A stretch of 64,000 bases of DNA from an uncultured SAR116 cluster alpha proteobacterium. Its GTDB lineage: Bacteria > Pseudomonadota > Alphaproteobacteria > Puniceispirillales > Puniceispirillaceae. Position numbers and translations under genes: made by a program. Below are positions 48,407 to 58,593 of the stretch, in pieces (the stretch's first letter is position 1; every line of letters begins with the position of its first letter). The stretch is taken from assembly GCA_902622515.1 (NCBI GenBank), contig CACNQE010000008.1, positions 15,509 to 79,508 of the forward strand, in the 5' to 3' direction. The notes beneath the pieces were generated by a model that worked only from the letters and a program-made list of their open reading frames with translations, had not been told where the DNA came from and searched no databases.

Positions 48407-49666
48407 ATGATAAAAAATGAACCTAAAAATGCTAAATCAATTATGTCTGAAATTGACCATATTCAGGCGGGTATTTTTGATATGAATGGTATAATGCGTG
48501 GCAAAAGATTGCCCCCATCGGATTATCAAAAAATTTTAGATAAAGGGATACAAATTCCCTTATCGGCCCAAAACATTGATATCAATGGGGAGGATATAGT
48601 CAATAGCAGATTTGTTTTCGAAACCGGGGATAAAGACGGAACAGCTATTAGTCAGGGTGCACCGTTGGTGCTTTTAAATCATTTGCCCAAACCTGTTTTA
48701 TTAATGCCGTTAAGTTTTACTCTTAACAATGGTCAGCCATTTGAGGGTTGCCCGAGGGCCTTTCTAAAATCTGTATTAAATAAGGCGAATGAGAAAAAGT
48801 TAATTTTTAGGTTTGGTATCGAGCTAGAATTTTGCCTTTTCTCAGATGCTGATTTAGCACCTATTTTTTCGAAGCCTCAATTACTTTCTTTATCAGCCTT
48901 GGATTCAATAGATTACTTTTTGCAAGATGTTAATAAAATTATAGACCAACTTGATATTAAGATTGAGTCTATCTTATCAGAAGCAGGAATAGGACAGATT
49001 GAAATTGTATTATCACCTTGTTCAGATCTATGTCATTTAGCAGATGCTATCCTTATTTTAAGACATAGTTTGACTGCATTTGCGTTAGCGAAGGGGATGT
49101 CTGTATCTTTTAGGGCAAAACCCGAGAACTACCTGTCTGGTAATGGATTGCATTGCCACATTTCAATGGGAGACAAACAGTCGGAAAATTTATTTTCAAA
49201 AGATAAAGCCGTTTTCAATTCAGCCATAGCTTCTGTGGTGGATTTATTAGAGCCTGCAGCGGCTATTTTGGCACCACTTCCGAATTCTTATGACCGGTTG
49301 CAGGAAAATAGCCATGCACCTGTAAATATTGGATGGGGGTACGACAATCGAACCTTGGCTGTGCGGATTCCAAACTCTCCCAATAATGCAAAAAGATTAG
49401 AGCTGAGAGTGCCAGGAGCTGACAGCAATCCATATTTTCTTTTTGCAACTTTGGTGTCGGCTATATTAAACGGGTTAGAGGAGATGTTAGAGCCACCATC
49501 CCCAGTTTTGGGCAATGGTTATGAGGCTAATTTAAAGAGGTTGCCGCACGACCTTCGCACGGCTATATCTCTTTTTGAGAAATCGGAAAAAATTCGAAAG
49601 CTGATACCACCCACCTTGAGAGAAATGTTTATTGCCACTAAAAAGCAGGAAATAAAGATAGTATAA
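48407..49666 (+). CDS. Glutamine synthetase-family protein (gamma-glutamyl-amine synthetase-like, paralog 1)
   Basis: GS catalytic motifs are present: FGIELEFCLF, NGLHCHISM, NSYDRL, WGYDNRTLAVRIP and RLELRVPGADSNPYF. Confidence 0.75.
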   Translation: MIKNEPKNAKSIMSEIDHIQAGIFDMNGIMRGKRLPPSDYQKILDKGIQIPLSAQNIDINGEDIVNSRFVFETGDKDGTAISQGAPLVLLNHLPKPVLLMPLSFTLNNGQPFEGCPRAFLKSVLNKANEKKLIFRFGIELEFCLFSDADLAPIFSKPQLLSLSALDSIDYFLQDVNKIIDQLDIKIESILSEAGIGQIEIVLSPCSDLCHLADAILILRHSLTAFALAKGMSVSFRAKPENYLSGNGLHCHISMGDKQSENLFSKDKAVFNSAIASVVDLLEPAAAILAPLPNSYDRLQENSHAPVNIGWGYDNRTLAVRIPNSPNNAKRLELRVPGADSNPYFLFATLVSAILNGLEEMLEPPSPVLGNGYEANLKRLPHDLRTAISLFEKSEKIRKLIPPTLREMFIATKKQEIKIV

Positions 49667-49679
49667 TCAGGAGAAATTA

Positions 49680-50648
49680 ATGGCTAACGATAAGAAAAAC
49701 AAGGCAATGCCTGAACTATTATCTGACCAGTCTTGGCGCAATTCTGATTTAGATAGGCGATTTTTTGAACCGACATATTCTGGTGCAATGAGTCTATTGA
49801 GGCGTCCTTATTCAGTTGAATTTGATGAAGCAGACATCGTGGTTGCTGGTATACCGTTTGATAACGCAACCACTTTTCGCCCTGGTTGTAGATTAGGGCC
49901 AAGAGCCGTAAGAGCGGCCTCTGTTCAACTAGCAGAATTGCCGTCATTCCCTTTTGGTTTTGATCCTTTTTCTATTTTGAAAGTTATAGATTCTGGTGAT
50001 TTTTTGCTTAATCCTCATAACCCAGAGACAATTATCTTAGATATTTATAAACAAGCAATATCAATCATTAGCGCTGGTGCATCCTTGCTTTCTATTGGTG
50101 GTGACCATTTTGTAACTTATCCTCTATTAAAGGCTCATGCGGAAATATATGGGCCCGTATCATTACTTCAATTTGATGCGCATTGTGATACATGGAAGTC
50201 ATTCGGAGAGCTTGATCATGGTACGATGTTTCTTCGTGCGATAGAGGAAGGGCTTATCGATGTTGAAAGTTCTATTCAGGTAGGGATAAGAACTCATAAT
50301 GATTTTGATGTTGGAATAAAACAAATAACTTCACCTCAAATTCATGAAATTGGTTTGCCTGCTGTTGTTGAGTTAATACTAAATCATCTGAAAGGTAGGA
50401 AGGTCTATCTGAGTTTTGATATAGATATATTAGACCCTGCTTTTGCCCCTGGCACAGGAACCCCTGTTTCTGGTGGAATAGCTAGTTGGCAGGCACTATC
50501 AATTCTTCGCAGTCTCGAGCCATTGAACATGATAGGATTTGATATTGTAGAGGTAAGTCCTCCATTTGATCATGCAGAAATCACTTCAATCACTGCTGCG
50601 ACAATTTTGCATGACTGGATTTGTGTAAAAGCACTTCAAAAGAGTTAA
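49680..50648 (+). CDS. Ureohydrolase-family enzyme (agmatinase / guanidino-acid hydrolase)
   Basis: All Mn-binding motifs are intact: GGDHFVTYP, FDAHCDTW and SFDIDILDPAFAPGTGTP, plus the VEVSPPFD motif. Confidence 0.85.
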   Translation: MANDKKNKAMPELLSDQSWRNSDLDRRFFEPTYSGAMSLLRRPYSVEFDEADIVVAGIPFDNATTFRPGCRLGPRAVRAASVQLAELPSFPFGFDPFSILKVIDSGDFLLNPHNPETIILDIYKQAISIISAGASLLSIGGDHFVTYPLLKAHAEIYGPVSLLQFDAHCDTWKSFGELDHGTMFLRAIEEGLIDVESSIQVGIRTHNDFDVGIKQITSPQIHEIGLPAVVELILNHLKGRKVYLSFDIDILDPAFAPGTGTPVSGGIASWQALSILRSLEPLNMIGFDIVEVSPPFDHAEITSITAATILHDWICVKALQKS

Positions 50649-51991
50649 ATATGAAAATAATCTCTCATTTTATACCATCCCATGCCAAGAGCTAAAATAG
50701 GGGTCCGCAATGGACCTCCAGGAAATGGAAGATGCGGAATTTTAGTAAGCTGGTTAAATCTCTCTTTTTTTCCACTGACTGCGTCACTTAGAATATTACC
50801 TGCAACACCAGAAAACGCAACTCCGTGTCCCGAATATCCTTGTACGTAAATCGCACTATCTGAAATTCTGCCAAAATGTGGTAGACGATTAACAGTAATT
50901 CCTATTCTTCCGGACCAAGCCTGTTGAATTTTTTTATGCATCAAATCTGGAAACACTGCTCTCATCCTTTTTTTTAAATCTTTCTCAACATTTATTGGGT
51001 CTGTGTTCAAATAGCTTGCACGCCCGCCAAAAATCATTCTATTTTGCTTATCAATTCGAAAATAATTTAATGCAGTATTCCCATCTGCAATTGCAGCTCT
51101 AGAAGGAATGGCTCTTTCTATTTCTGCATCGTTAAGAGGTTCAGTTGCCATAACCGATGAAGTAACTGGTGCTATTCTCCCACGCATGTTCTTTGGAGAA
51201 ACAGCACCAAGATAAGCATTTCCGCATATAATGAGTTGTTCAGTTATAACGCTATGACCTTGTTTTGTGATTAATTTATTCTTGTTGTTTTCAGTCTGTA
51301 TCGAGGAAATTGAGCTGTTAGTATAAATCTTAGCACCATCAATCGATGCTGCTTTTGATAGGCCAATTAGATATTTGAGGGGGTGAAGATGCCCACTTCC
51401 GGCATCGTACAATCCTCCTATATATGCATCAGAACAAATATAATTTAACAACGAGGATCTATTATTTAAAGCAAGAAGACGATTATATCCATGTGCTTCA
51501 AAACTTTTTTGATAGGTCTCTAATTCTCGCATATGACCTTTGTGTATCGCTGTGTGCACATATCCCCAACGAACATCGCATTCTATTTTATATTTTTTTA
51601 TTCTCTCTTTTATAAGATTAGGACCCTCAAGCCCTGCTTGCCACATATCTTCTTTAAATTCAGGATCTATATATTTTGAGAGCTTCTCAAAACTTGATGA
51701 CCATCCTTGACAAATTTGGCCTCCATTCCGACCTGAGCCACCATCACCAATATTCCCAGCTTCAAATAGGCATACATCATACCCTTTCTCACTAAGTGAT
51801 AAAGCTGTTGAAATTCCAGTAAGTCCTCCGCCTATAATTGCCACACTACATCTTATATCTTTATTTAGCTGGCCACAGAACTTTGGAGGTGAAATATCTA
51901 GCTGATAAATCGATTTAGAAATATGGCTAATTGACATTTTGTATAAACTTTTAGCATTGATAGGGTTCAAATTTCTTTTAAAGCATTTCAT
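50645..51991 (-). CDS. FAD-dependent oxidoreductase (PuuB/gamma-glutamylamine oxidase-like, DAO family)
   Basis: VAIIGGGLTGISTALSLSEKGYDV dinucleotide-binding motif and the DAO-family C-terminus (YVQGYSGHGVAFS). The start may be an internal Met (MSISH...). Confidence 0.75.
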   Translation of the reverse strand: MKCFKRNLNPINAKSLYKMSISHISKSIYQLDISPPKFCGQLNKDIRCSVAIIGGGLTGISTALSLSEKGYDVCLFEAGNIGDGGSGRNGGQICQGWSSSFEKLSKYIDPEFKEDMWQAGLEGPNLIKERIKKYKIECDVRWGYVHTAIHKGHMRELETYQKSFEAHGYNRLLALNNRSSLLNYICSDAYIGGLYDAGSGHLHPLKYLIGLSKAASIDGAKIYTNSSISSIQTENNKNKLITKQGHSVITEQLIICGNAYLGAVSPKNMRGRIAPVTSSVMATEPLNDAEIERAIPSRAAIADGNTALNYFRIDKQNRMIFGGRASYLNTDPINVEKDLKKRMRAVFPDLMHKKIQQAWSGRIGITVNRLPHFGRISDSAIYVQGYSGHGVAFSGVAGNILSDAVSGKKERFNQLTKIPHLPFPGGPLRTPILALGMGWYKMRDYFHI

Positions 51992-52114
51992 TAGATAGTA
52001 TATACTTAAATTACATATTTAAAGTGAGTGTTAATAAAAAAAGTATTTTATAAAAAACCGTTAGCATGACTTTATCGGCTGTAAAATAAGAAGTATGGGA
52101 AAGGATGGTGCTTT

Positions 52115-53470
52115 GTGTCAAATCAAGAAGATATTCAGCGTTTTGAAGAACAACACCACTTGCCACCATTTTCCGATTTTAAAACTCTAAAAAAGGAAGG
52201 CACACGTATAATAACTCATGCGCAAGGCCATTTTATATTCGATAATAATGGAAATGCCATTTTAGATGCAATGGCAGGCTTATGGTGCGTAAATGTTGGT
52301 TATGGCAGAGAAGAGCTAGTAAATGCTGCAACCGAACAAATGAAAAAATTACCGTATTATAACAGTTTTTTCAAGACTAGCAATGAGCCAGTAGCGAGGC
52401 TTTCAGCAAAACTTGCTTCGATTTCCCCTAAACATTTAAATCGTGTAATTTACGCAAATTCCGGTTCAGAAGCAAATGATACTATCATCCGTCTTGTGCG
52501 ACATTATTGGAATTTAAAAGGCCATCCTGAAAAAAGGGTAATTATTGGACGCGATTATGGCTATCATGGCTCTACTATCATGGCAGCTAGTATGGGTGGG
52601 ATGAAAGCAATGCACGAGCAATCTGCTAGTGAAGCAGATTTTGAGCATATAAGGCCCCCTTATGGTTTTTTATACCAAGGAAATCAGTCAGAGGCACAGT
52701 TTGCTGAGAGCTCTGCGCGCCATTTAGAAGAAAAAATTCATGAAGTTGGTGCAGATAAAATTGCAGCTTTTATTGCGGAACCAGTGCAAGGTGCTGGAGG
52801 AGTTATTATTCCTCCAAAGGGTTATTTTGATCACATTCAGAAAATCTGTGCTAAATTTGATATTTTATTTATTGTAGATGAGGTGATCACTGGATTTGGC
52901 CGAACTGGAAATTGGTTTGCAAGTCAAACAATGGATTTAAAACCTGATTTAATAACTTTGGCAAAGGGTCTTACTTCAGGTTATATGCCAATGTCTGCTG
53001 TTATGGTAAGCGATAAAATTGCTAATTACTTAATTAATGAAGGTGGCGAATTTTTTCATGGATTTACCTATTCAGGGCACCCTGTTTCTGCTGCTGTCGC
53101 ACTTGCTAATATTAAGCTGATTGAGGAAGAGGGGTTAATTCGTCATGTTCGGGACATTACTGCTCCTTATCTCGCAAAAGAAATTAAAAGGCTAGATAGC
53201 CATCCCTTGGTGGGAGAAACACGAAGTTTTGGATTACTTGCATGCATAGAACTTGTAAAGCATAAGTCTGGACCTGTTTTATTTGATCCCATTGGCGAGA
53301 TAGGTATGAGGTGCCGTGACCACGCTATTAACAGTGGCTTGATGGTACGTGCTGTGCGTGATGGCATGATTTTATCGCCGCCATTAAGCTATAAAACAGA
53401 AGATATTGACATAACAATTGAAAAACTAAATCAGGCATTAGATGACACATATACCGAACTCAAAAAGTGA
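52115..53470 (+). CDS. Class III (omega) aminotransferase, polyamine/beta-alanine:pyruvate type (SpuC-like)
   Basis: GLWCVNVGYGR, NSGSEANDT, FIVDEVITGFGRTG and the PLP-Lys context LITLAKGLTSGY. The ORF has a GTG start. Confidence 0.85.
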   Translation: MSNQEDIQRFEEQHHLPPFSDFKTLKKEGTRIITHAQGHFIFDNNGNAILDAMAGLWCVNVGYGREELVNAATEQMKKLPYYNSFFKTSNEPVARLSAKLASISPKHLNRVIYANSGSEANDTIIRLVRHYWNLKGHPEKRVIIGRDYGYHGSTIMAASMGGMKAMHEQSASEADFEHIRPPYGFLYQGNQSEAQFAESSARHLEEKIHEVGADKIAAFIAEPVQGAGGVIIPPKGYFDHIQKICAKFDILFIVDEVITGFGRTGNWFASQTMDLKPDLITLAKGLTSGYMPMSAVMVSDKIANYLINEGGEFFHGFTYSGHPVSAAVALANIKLIEEEGLIRHVRDITAPYLAKEIKRLDSHPLVGETRSFGLLACIELVKHKSGPVLFDPIGEIGMRCRDHAINSGLMVRAVRDGMILSPPLSYKTEDIDITIEKLNQALDDTYTELKK

Positions 53471-53481
53471 GCACCTAAATT

Positions 53482-54822
53482 ATGACCCAAAAACTAAATA
53501 AATGGCTGTCGGATCGCAATATTACAGAAGTTGAATGTTTAGTTCCAGATATAGCTGGTATTCCGAGAGGTAAGATTCTACCAGCAGACAAATATAATAA
53601 AGTTCTTAGAGGAAGCGGCCTTCGTCTTCCAGAATATGTATTTGGACAGACCGTTACAGGTGATTATCATGACTCAGTTGTGTTAAATGCTGCGGTAGGT
53701 GATGTACTTCTAAAACCTGACGAGAATGCTGCTTATTTAGTTCCATGGTACTCTGAACCAACTGCCCAGATCATCCATGATGCTTTTTACCTAGATAATA
53801 CTGAAGTCACAGTCGCCCCACGCGCTGTTTTAAAGCGCGTTATTCGCGCACTCAATGATAGAGGGTTGTCTGCGATAGTCGCACCAGAGCTTGAGTTTTT
53901 CCTTGTATCACAAAGTTCAGATCCCGATCATCCACTGAAAACACCGCCTGGAAGGTCTGGAAGAGCTGAAACAGGAAAACAAGCTTATGGTATTGATGCG
54001 GTCAATGATTTCGATCCTTTTTTCGAAGATGTTTACGACCATTGTGAAACCATGGGGCTTGATATTGATACACTTGTTCATGAGGGTGGGGCAGCTCAAA
54101 TGGAAATTAATTTCAATCATGGAGAGGCATTAACGCTGGCAGACCAAGCATTGATTTTTAAAAGAACTGTAAGACAGACAGCACTAAATCATCATATTCA
54201 TGCAACCTTTATGGCAAAACCTATGCAATACCAACCGGGCTCGTCAATGCACCTGCATTGTTCCATTTGTGACTTAAAAAATGGTCAAAATATGTTTTCT
54301 AATTCGAGTGGTGAGGATACAGAAACGTTTCGGCATGCTCTTGGAGGATTGCAGCGCTATCTTGCTGGTGGGATGGCACTGATGGCACCCTACGTAAATA
54401 GTTACAGAAGATTTATTACGACTTATGATGCCCCTGCAAATGTTGCATGGGGAGTTGATAATCGAACAGTGGGACTGAGGGTTCCTGCTGGTGATTATCG
54501 CAGTAGGCGCATCGAAAATAGAATTCCAGGTGCAGATACAAACCCATATTTATCGATTGCCTTAACATTTGCTTGTATTCTTCTTGGTATTGAAGAAGAG
54601 ATAGAGCCTGCGAAGCCAATGGTAAAAGAGTCAGATAATTTGTACACATTACCTCGAAATCTTGATATGGCTCTTGATAGTTTAGATAAAGCTAAAAAAC
54701 TTAGAGAAGTGCTCGGACTTGACTTTATATCAGTTTTTAATGAAGTAAAACGTGCTGAAGCTGAGGCATTTTTAAAAGTCATCTCTCCATGGGAAAGAGA
54801 ATATCTGCTTTTAAATGTTTAA
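53482..54822 (+). CDS. Glutamine synthetase-family protein (gamma-glutamylputrescine synthetase PuuA-like, paralog 2)
   Basis: D..G..RGK, APELEFFLV, SSMHLHCSI, NSYRRF, WGVDNRTVGLRVP and RIENRIPGADTNPYL. Confidence 0.8.
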   Translation: MTQKLNKWLSDRNITEVECLVPDIAGIPRGKILPADKYNKVLRGSGLRLPEYVFGQTVTGDYHDSVVLNAAVGDVLLKPDENAAYLVPWYSEPTAQIIHDAFYLDNTEVTVAPRAVLKRVIRALNDRGLSAIVAPELEFFLVSQSSDPDHPLKTPPGRSGRAETGKQAYGIDAVNDFDPFFEDVYDHCETMGLDIDTLVHEGGAAQMEINFNHGEALTLADQALIFKRTVRQTALNHHIHATFMAKPMQYQPGSSMHLHCSICDLKNGQNMFSNSSGEDTETFRHALGGLQRYLAGGMALMAPYVNSYRRFITTYDAPANVAWGVDNRTVGLRVPAGDYRSRRIENRIPGADTNPYLSIALTFACILLGIEEEIEPAKPMVKESDNLYTLPRNLDMALDSLDKAKKLREVLGLDFISVFNEVKRAEAEAFLKVISPWEREYLLLNV

Positions 54823-54857
54823 AATAATCGAGCCATTTATGAGTTTAGGGATTGGAT

Positions 54858-56639
54858 TTATAGAGAGCTTTTTCGTTGATACAATTGTTCTAGCCGTTCT
54901 TGATATAATTTATTAATTTGTTGGCGTTTAATAATACCTGAGGCAGTCATACAGTCATTTCTAACCGAAAAAGGTTCATCACTTAAAACAAAACTCCTTA
55001 CTTTCTCTAGACTACTTAGTCTTGCATTTGCTGTTTTTACTGCTTCTGAAATAATACTTGATAACTTATTCTGATCTTCATGTAGTTTTCTTATTAGAGT
55101 CTGACTCGGGGTAATAACGGCCGTTATATAAGCATGTTGGTTACCATATGCCATTGCTTGGTCGATATCAGGGTGTGCCTCTAAAACAGTCTCTATTTTC
55201 ACAGGTGAGATATTATCGCCACCTGAATTAATAATGATATCTTTTTTTCTTCCTGTTAAACTAATATACCCATCGGGGTGGATCACACCAATATCACCTG
55301 TCATTAGCCAACCATCACGCAATTTTTTTTTAGTGGCAATTGGGTCGTTCCAATACCCCTTCATCAAAAGGTCTCCACGAACACAAATTTCTCCTTGTTT
55401 TGTAAGTTTTGCTTCTACACCAACAAGTAATTTCCCGACTGTTTCTATTTTAATTTTTTTAGGTGGATTTGCCGTGATTACAGGCGAGGCCTCAGTCTGT
55501 CCATATCCTTGCAAGATGGGTATGTTTAAAGCTAGAAAAAAATATCCAATGTTAGGGTCTAACGCCGCTCCACCTGAAACAAATGCCTTCAAGCGGCCCC
55601 CAAGCCGTGAATTAATGTGACGTCGCACCGTTAGGTTTAGATAGCTATTTTCAATTCGTTCAAGTAGCGTAAGTGGTATTTTCTGCAAGTTTTTTTGTCC
55701 AAGATAAACGGCCCTGTCAAGCATTTTTAGATTTATAATACCTTTATGTTGGTAAGAAGCATTAATCCTGTCATGCAAAATTTCGAATAATCTCGGAACA
55801 GCTGTCATAATTGTTGGTTTGGTCTCTATTATTGCTGAACTCAGGGTTTCTGGTTTTTGCAGTAAATATATTTCTGCTCGAATATGTATTGGAAAGAATA
55901 AACCAACCGAATGTTCATATGCATGGCTAAAAGGCAGCATGGATAAAAACACTTCTTTACCAGATGTTAGGTCTGCTAAAAGACCCTCCGCTCCTGCCAA
56001 AACGGCCATTATAGAACGATGTGTAAGCATAGCGCCTTTTGGTTTTTCATCTCCATCTGAGGTGTAAATAATACAACAAACATCGTCTACACTCATTGGC
56101 AAGGATGAAATAATTGTATTAGTACTTGCCTTTTCACCCTCTTTTATTAGGTCTTCCCAGCTTACAATTGCCAGATTATGTGAGTGGTGAAGTAATTTAC
56201 TTTGCTCTATTATAACCATTAAATAACAGTCTGGTGAATCTTGAGCTGCTGTTTCGGCAATAGCCGTAAGTTCTGAATTAGAGCAGATGATAGCTCTCGC
56301 GCCCGAGTGAGACAAAAGATAGGTGATGTCAGTTTGGGTATAGGTTGTAAATAATGGAACAGAGATTGCTCCTATAGACATAATTGCAAGGTCGGTTATT
56401 ATCCATTCGAGTCTGTTTTCTGATAAAATTGCTACTCTGGCACCCGCAGTTATACCGCGTTGTGTAAGAGCACTTGCTATGATTTTCACCTGATTGGCAA
56501 TTTGCCCCCAGCTATGACTTTCCCAATCATTTTCTTTTTTGGTCCAAAGAAACGTGCTATCAGGTTGTTGCTTTGCACGATTAAAAAACATCTCATAAAG
56601 GGTATTTTCTTTTGGTCCTAGTCCTTGAATCTGGGGCAT
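54858..56639 (-). CDS. AMP-dependent acyl-CoA synthetase (long-chain fatty acid-CoA ligase-like)
   Basis: AMP-binding motif variant IIYTSDGDEKPKGAMLTH, plus GYGQTE, GWLMTGDIG and the GRKKDII motif. Confidence 0.8.
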   Translation of the reverse strand: MPQIQGLGPKENTLYEMFFNRAKQQPDSTFLWTKKENDWESHSWGQIANQVKIIASALTQRGITAGARVAILSENRLEWIITDLAIMSIGAISVPLFTTYTQTDITYLLSHSGARAIICSNSELTAIAETAAQDSPDCYLMVIIEQSKLLHHSHNLAIVSWEDLIKEGEKASTNTIISSLPMSVDDVCCIIYTSDGDEKPKGAMLTHRSIMAVLAGAEGLLADLTSGKEVFLSMLPFSHAYEHSVGLFFPIHIRAEIYLLQKPETLSSAIIETKPTIMTAVPRLFEILHDRINASYQHKGIINLKMLDRAVYLGQKNLQKIPLTLLERIENSYLNLTVRRHINSRLGGRLKAFVSGGAALDPNIGYFFLALNIPILQGYGQTEASPVITANPPKKIKIETVGKLLVGVEAKLTKQGEICVRGDLLMKGYWNDPIATKKKLRDGWLMTGDIGVIHPDGYISLTGRKKDIIINSGGDNISPVKIETVLEAHPDIDQAMAYGNQHAYITAVITPSQTLIRKLHEDQNKLSSIISEAVKTANARLSSLEKVRSFVLSDEPFSVRNDCMTASGIIKRQQINKLYQERLEQLYQRKSSL

Positions 56640-56827
56640 GTGCTTCTATGTATTTACTGAGGTTTGTATGTTAATTATGGTCGCTTTTAATAAGCATTAG
56701 CAAGTTAAAATGTGGACCATTCTTTTTATACGTGGATATATTTTTTCTTCATTAGTCTTACATGATTACAAGTTGTATTAGCTGTTTTGCTCAATTTCGA
56801 CTAATAATGTAAAAGGATAAATTTATA

Positions 56828-58591
56828 ATGTCAGGTAAATTACCCGTTTGGTCATTAACCGATTTTTATGACTCCATAGAGTCAGAAAAAATTAGGACTG
56901 ATTTGCAAAAATGTTCCGATCAAGCTCTTAAATTACAGCAGAAATATGAGGGCAAAATAGCCAGTTTGTCAGCTAATGAGGCTAGTAATGTAATAGTATG
57001 TTATGAGCAGATTATCATCTTGTTGGGTAAAATATCGTCACATGCAGATTTGTGCTTTGCAGCAGATACAAGCAATCCTGAATTTGCTCAGCATTCTCAG
57101 AATATGAGAGAAGCTATAAATGCCATTCAATCAAACCTCGTTTTCATTGAGCTTGAATTAGCATCTATTTCTGAGCTGCAGTATCTTCAGATGCTTAAAG
57201 AGGAGGCCTTTGCATATTTCCAGCCCTGGCTAAGGCTCTTGAGGTTAGCCTCGAAACATAATCTTGAACCAAGGCTTGAGAAACTATTGGTTGAACAATC
57301 ACCCACCAATAGGCAGGCTTGGGTAAGATTATTTGATGAAACTTTTTCTGAGTTAAGATTTGAATTTTTAGGAGAACGGCTTACTGAGACTGAAATACTA
57401 AATAAATTATCAAAAGCAGATCCTAATGTCAGAGCAACAGCAGCTGCGTCTCTATCTAAAGTTTTAAATGATAATTTGCGGTTATTCACCCTTATTACAA
57501 ACACAATTTCGAAGCAAAAAGATACAGAAGAGCGTTGGAGAGGGTATAAAGGAGTGATTTCTTCAAGAAACCTTGCGAATGATGTTGATGACCTTACGGT
57601 AGATTCACTTGTTAGAACAGTTACCAATAGAATGCCAGAGTTATCCCATCGATATTATAAATTAAAGGCTCGCTGGCTCGGAGGAGAAACTATGCCGTGG
57701 TGGGATAGAAATGCTCCTATCTCAGGAAATGAGGGGAAAAAATTTAGTTGGCAGGAAGCATGTGAAATCGTGCAATTTTCCTTTGATGGGTTTGATGCAG
57801 AAATGGGGGAGCTCGCAAAACAATTTTTTGACAACTCATGGATAGATGCAGAAATAAGAAATGGAAAAGCATCTGGAGCCTTTTCTCACCCTTCGGTAAC
57901 AACAGTTCACCCCTACATACTAATGAATTTTGAGGGTTATTCTCGTGATGTAATGACTTTAGCTCATGAAATGGGTCACGGAGTTCACCAGCTTCTTGCC
58001 GCAGAACAAGGAGAGTTGATGTCATCAACACCGTTAACCCTCGCAGAAACTGCGTCTGTATTTTCAGAAATGCTCACCTTTCACACAATCTTAGATGCAG
58101 AAACTTCACAGCAATCTAAACGCCTTATGTTAGCGGATAAAATCGAGGATATGTTAAATACGGTCGTCCGTCAGGTGGCTTTTCATAATTTTGAGTACTT
58201 AGTGCACACTCATCGCAGGCAAGGCGAGTTAAGTTCAAATGAGATCTCAAGGTTTTGGGTTGAAACGCAAAAACAAGCACTTGGTCCAGGGATTAGAATT
58301 GATGATAGTTTTAAGCCAATATGGGCTTATGTTCCTCATTTTGTGCATTCACCATTTTATGTATACGCTTATGCGTTTGGTGATTGTCTTGTAAATGCCC
58401 TATGGCAGGTATACCAAGATGGCTCAGACGCAGATTTTAATATTCATTATAAAACACTATTAAGAAGCGGAGGTACGGTTAGGTATGATAAAGCGTTAAT
58501 TCCGTTTTCACTTAACCCCTCTAAACCTGAATTTTGGAATAAAGGCCTTGATATGATCTCCACCATGATTGACCAAGTTGAAGGTCTATAA
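56828..58591 (+). CDS. pepF: M3B-family oligoendopeptidase F
   Basis: Zinc motif TLAHEMGHGVH with a downstream E (LAETASVFSE), and a size typical of PepF. Confidence 0.85.
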   Translation: MSGKLPVWSLTDFYDSIESEKIRTDLQKCSDQALKLQQKYEGKIASLSANEASNVIVCYEQIIILLGKISSHADLCFAADTSNPEFAQHSQNMREAINAIQSNLVFIELELASISELQYLQMLKEEAFAYFQPWLRLLRLASKHNLEPRLEKLLVEQSPTNRQAWVRLFDETFSELRFEFLGERLTETEILNKLSKADPNVRATAAASLSKVLNDNLRLFTLITNTISKQKDTEERWRGYKGVISSRNLANDVDDLTVDSLVRTVTNRMPELSHRYYKLKARWLGGETMPWWDRNAPISGNEGKKFSWQEACEIVQFSFDGFDAEMGELAKQFFDNSWIDAEIRNGKASGAFSHPSVTTVHPYILMNFEGYSRDVMTLAHEMGHGVHQLLAAEQGELMSSTPLTLAETASVFSEMLTFHTILDAETSQQSKRLMLADKIEDMLNTVVRQVAFHNFEYLVHTHRRQGELSSNEISRFWVETQKQALGPGIRIDDSFKPIWAYVPHFVHSPFYVYAYAFGDCLVNALWQVYQDGSDADFNIHYKTLLRSGGTVRYDKALIPFSLNPSKPEFWNKGLDMISTMIDQVEGL

Positions 58592-58593
58592 TA

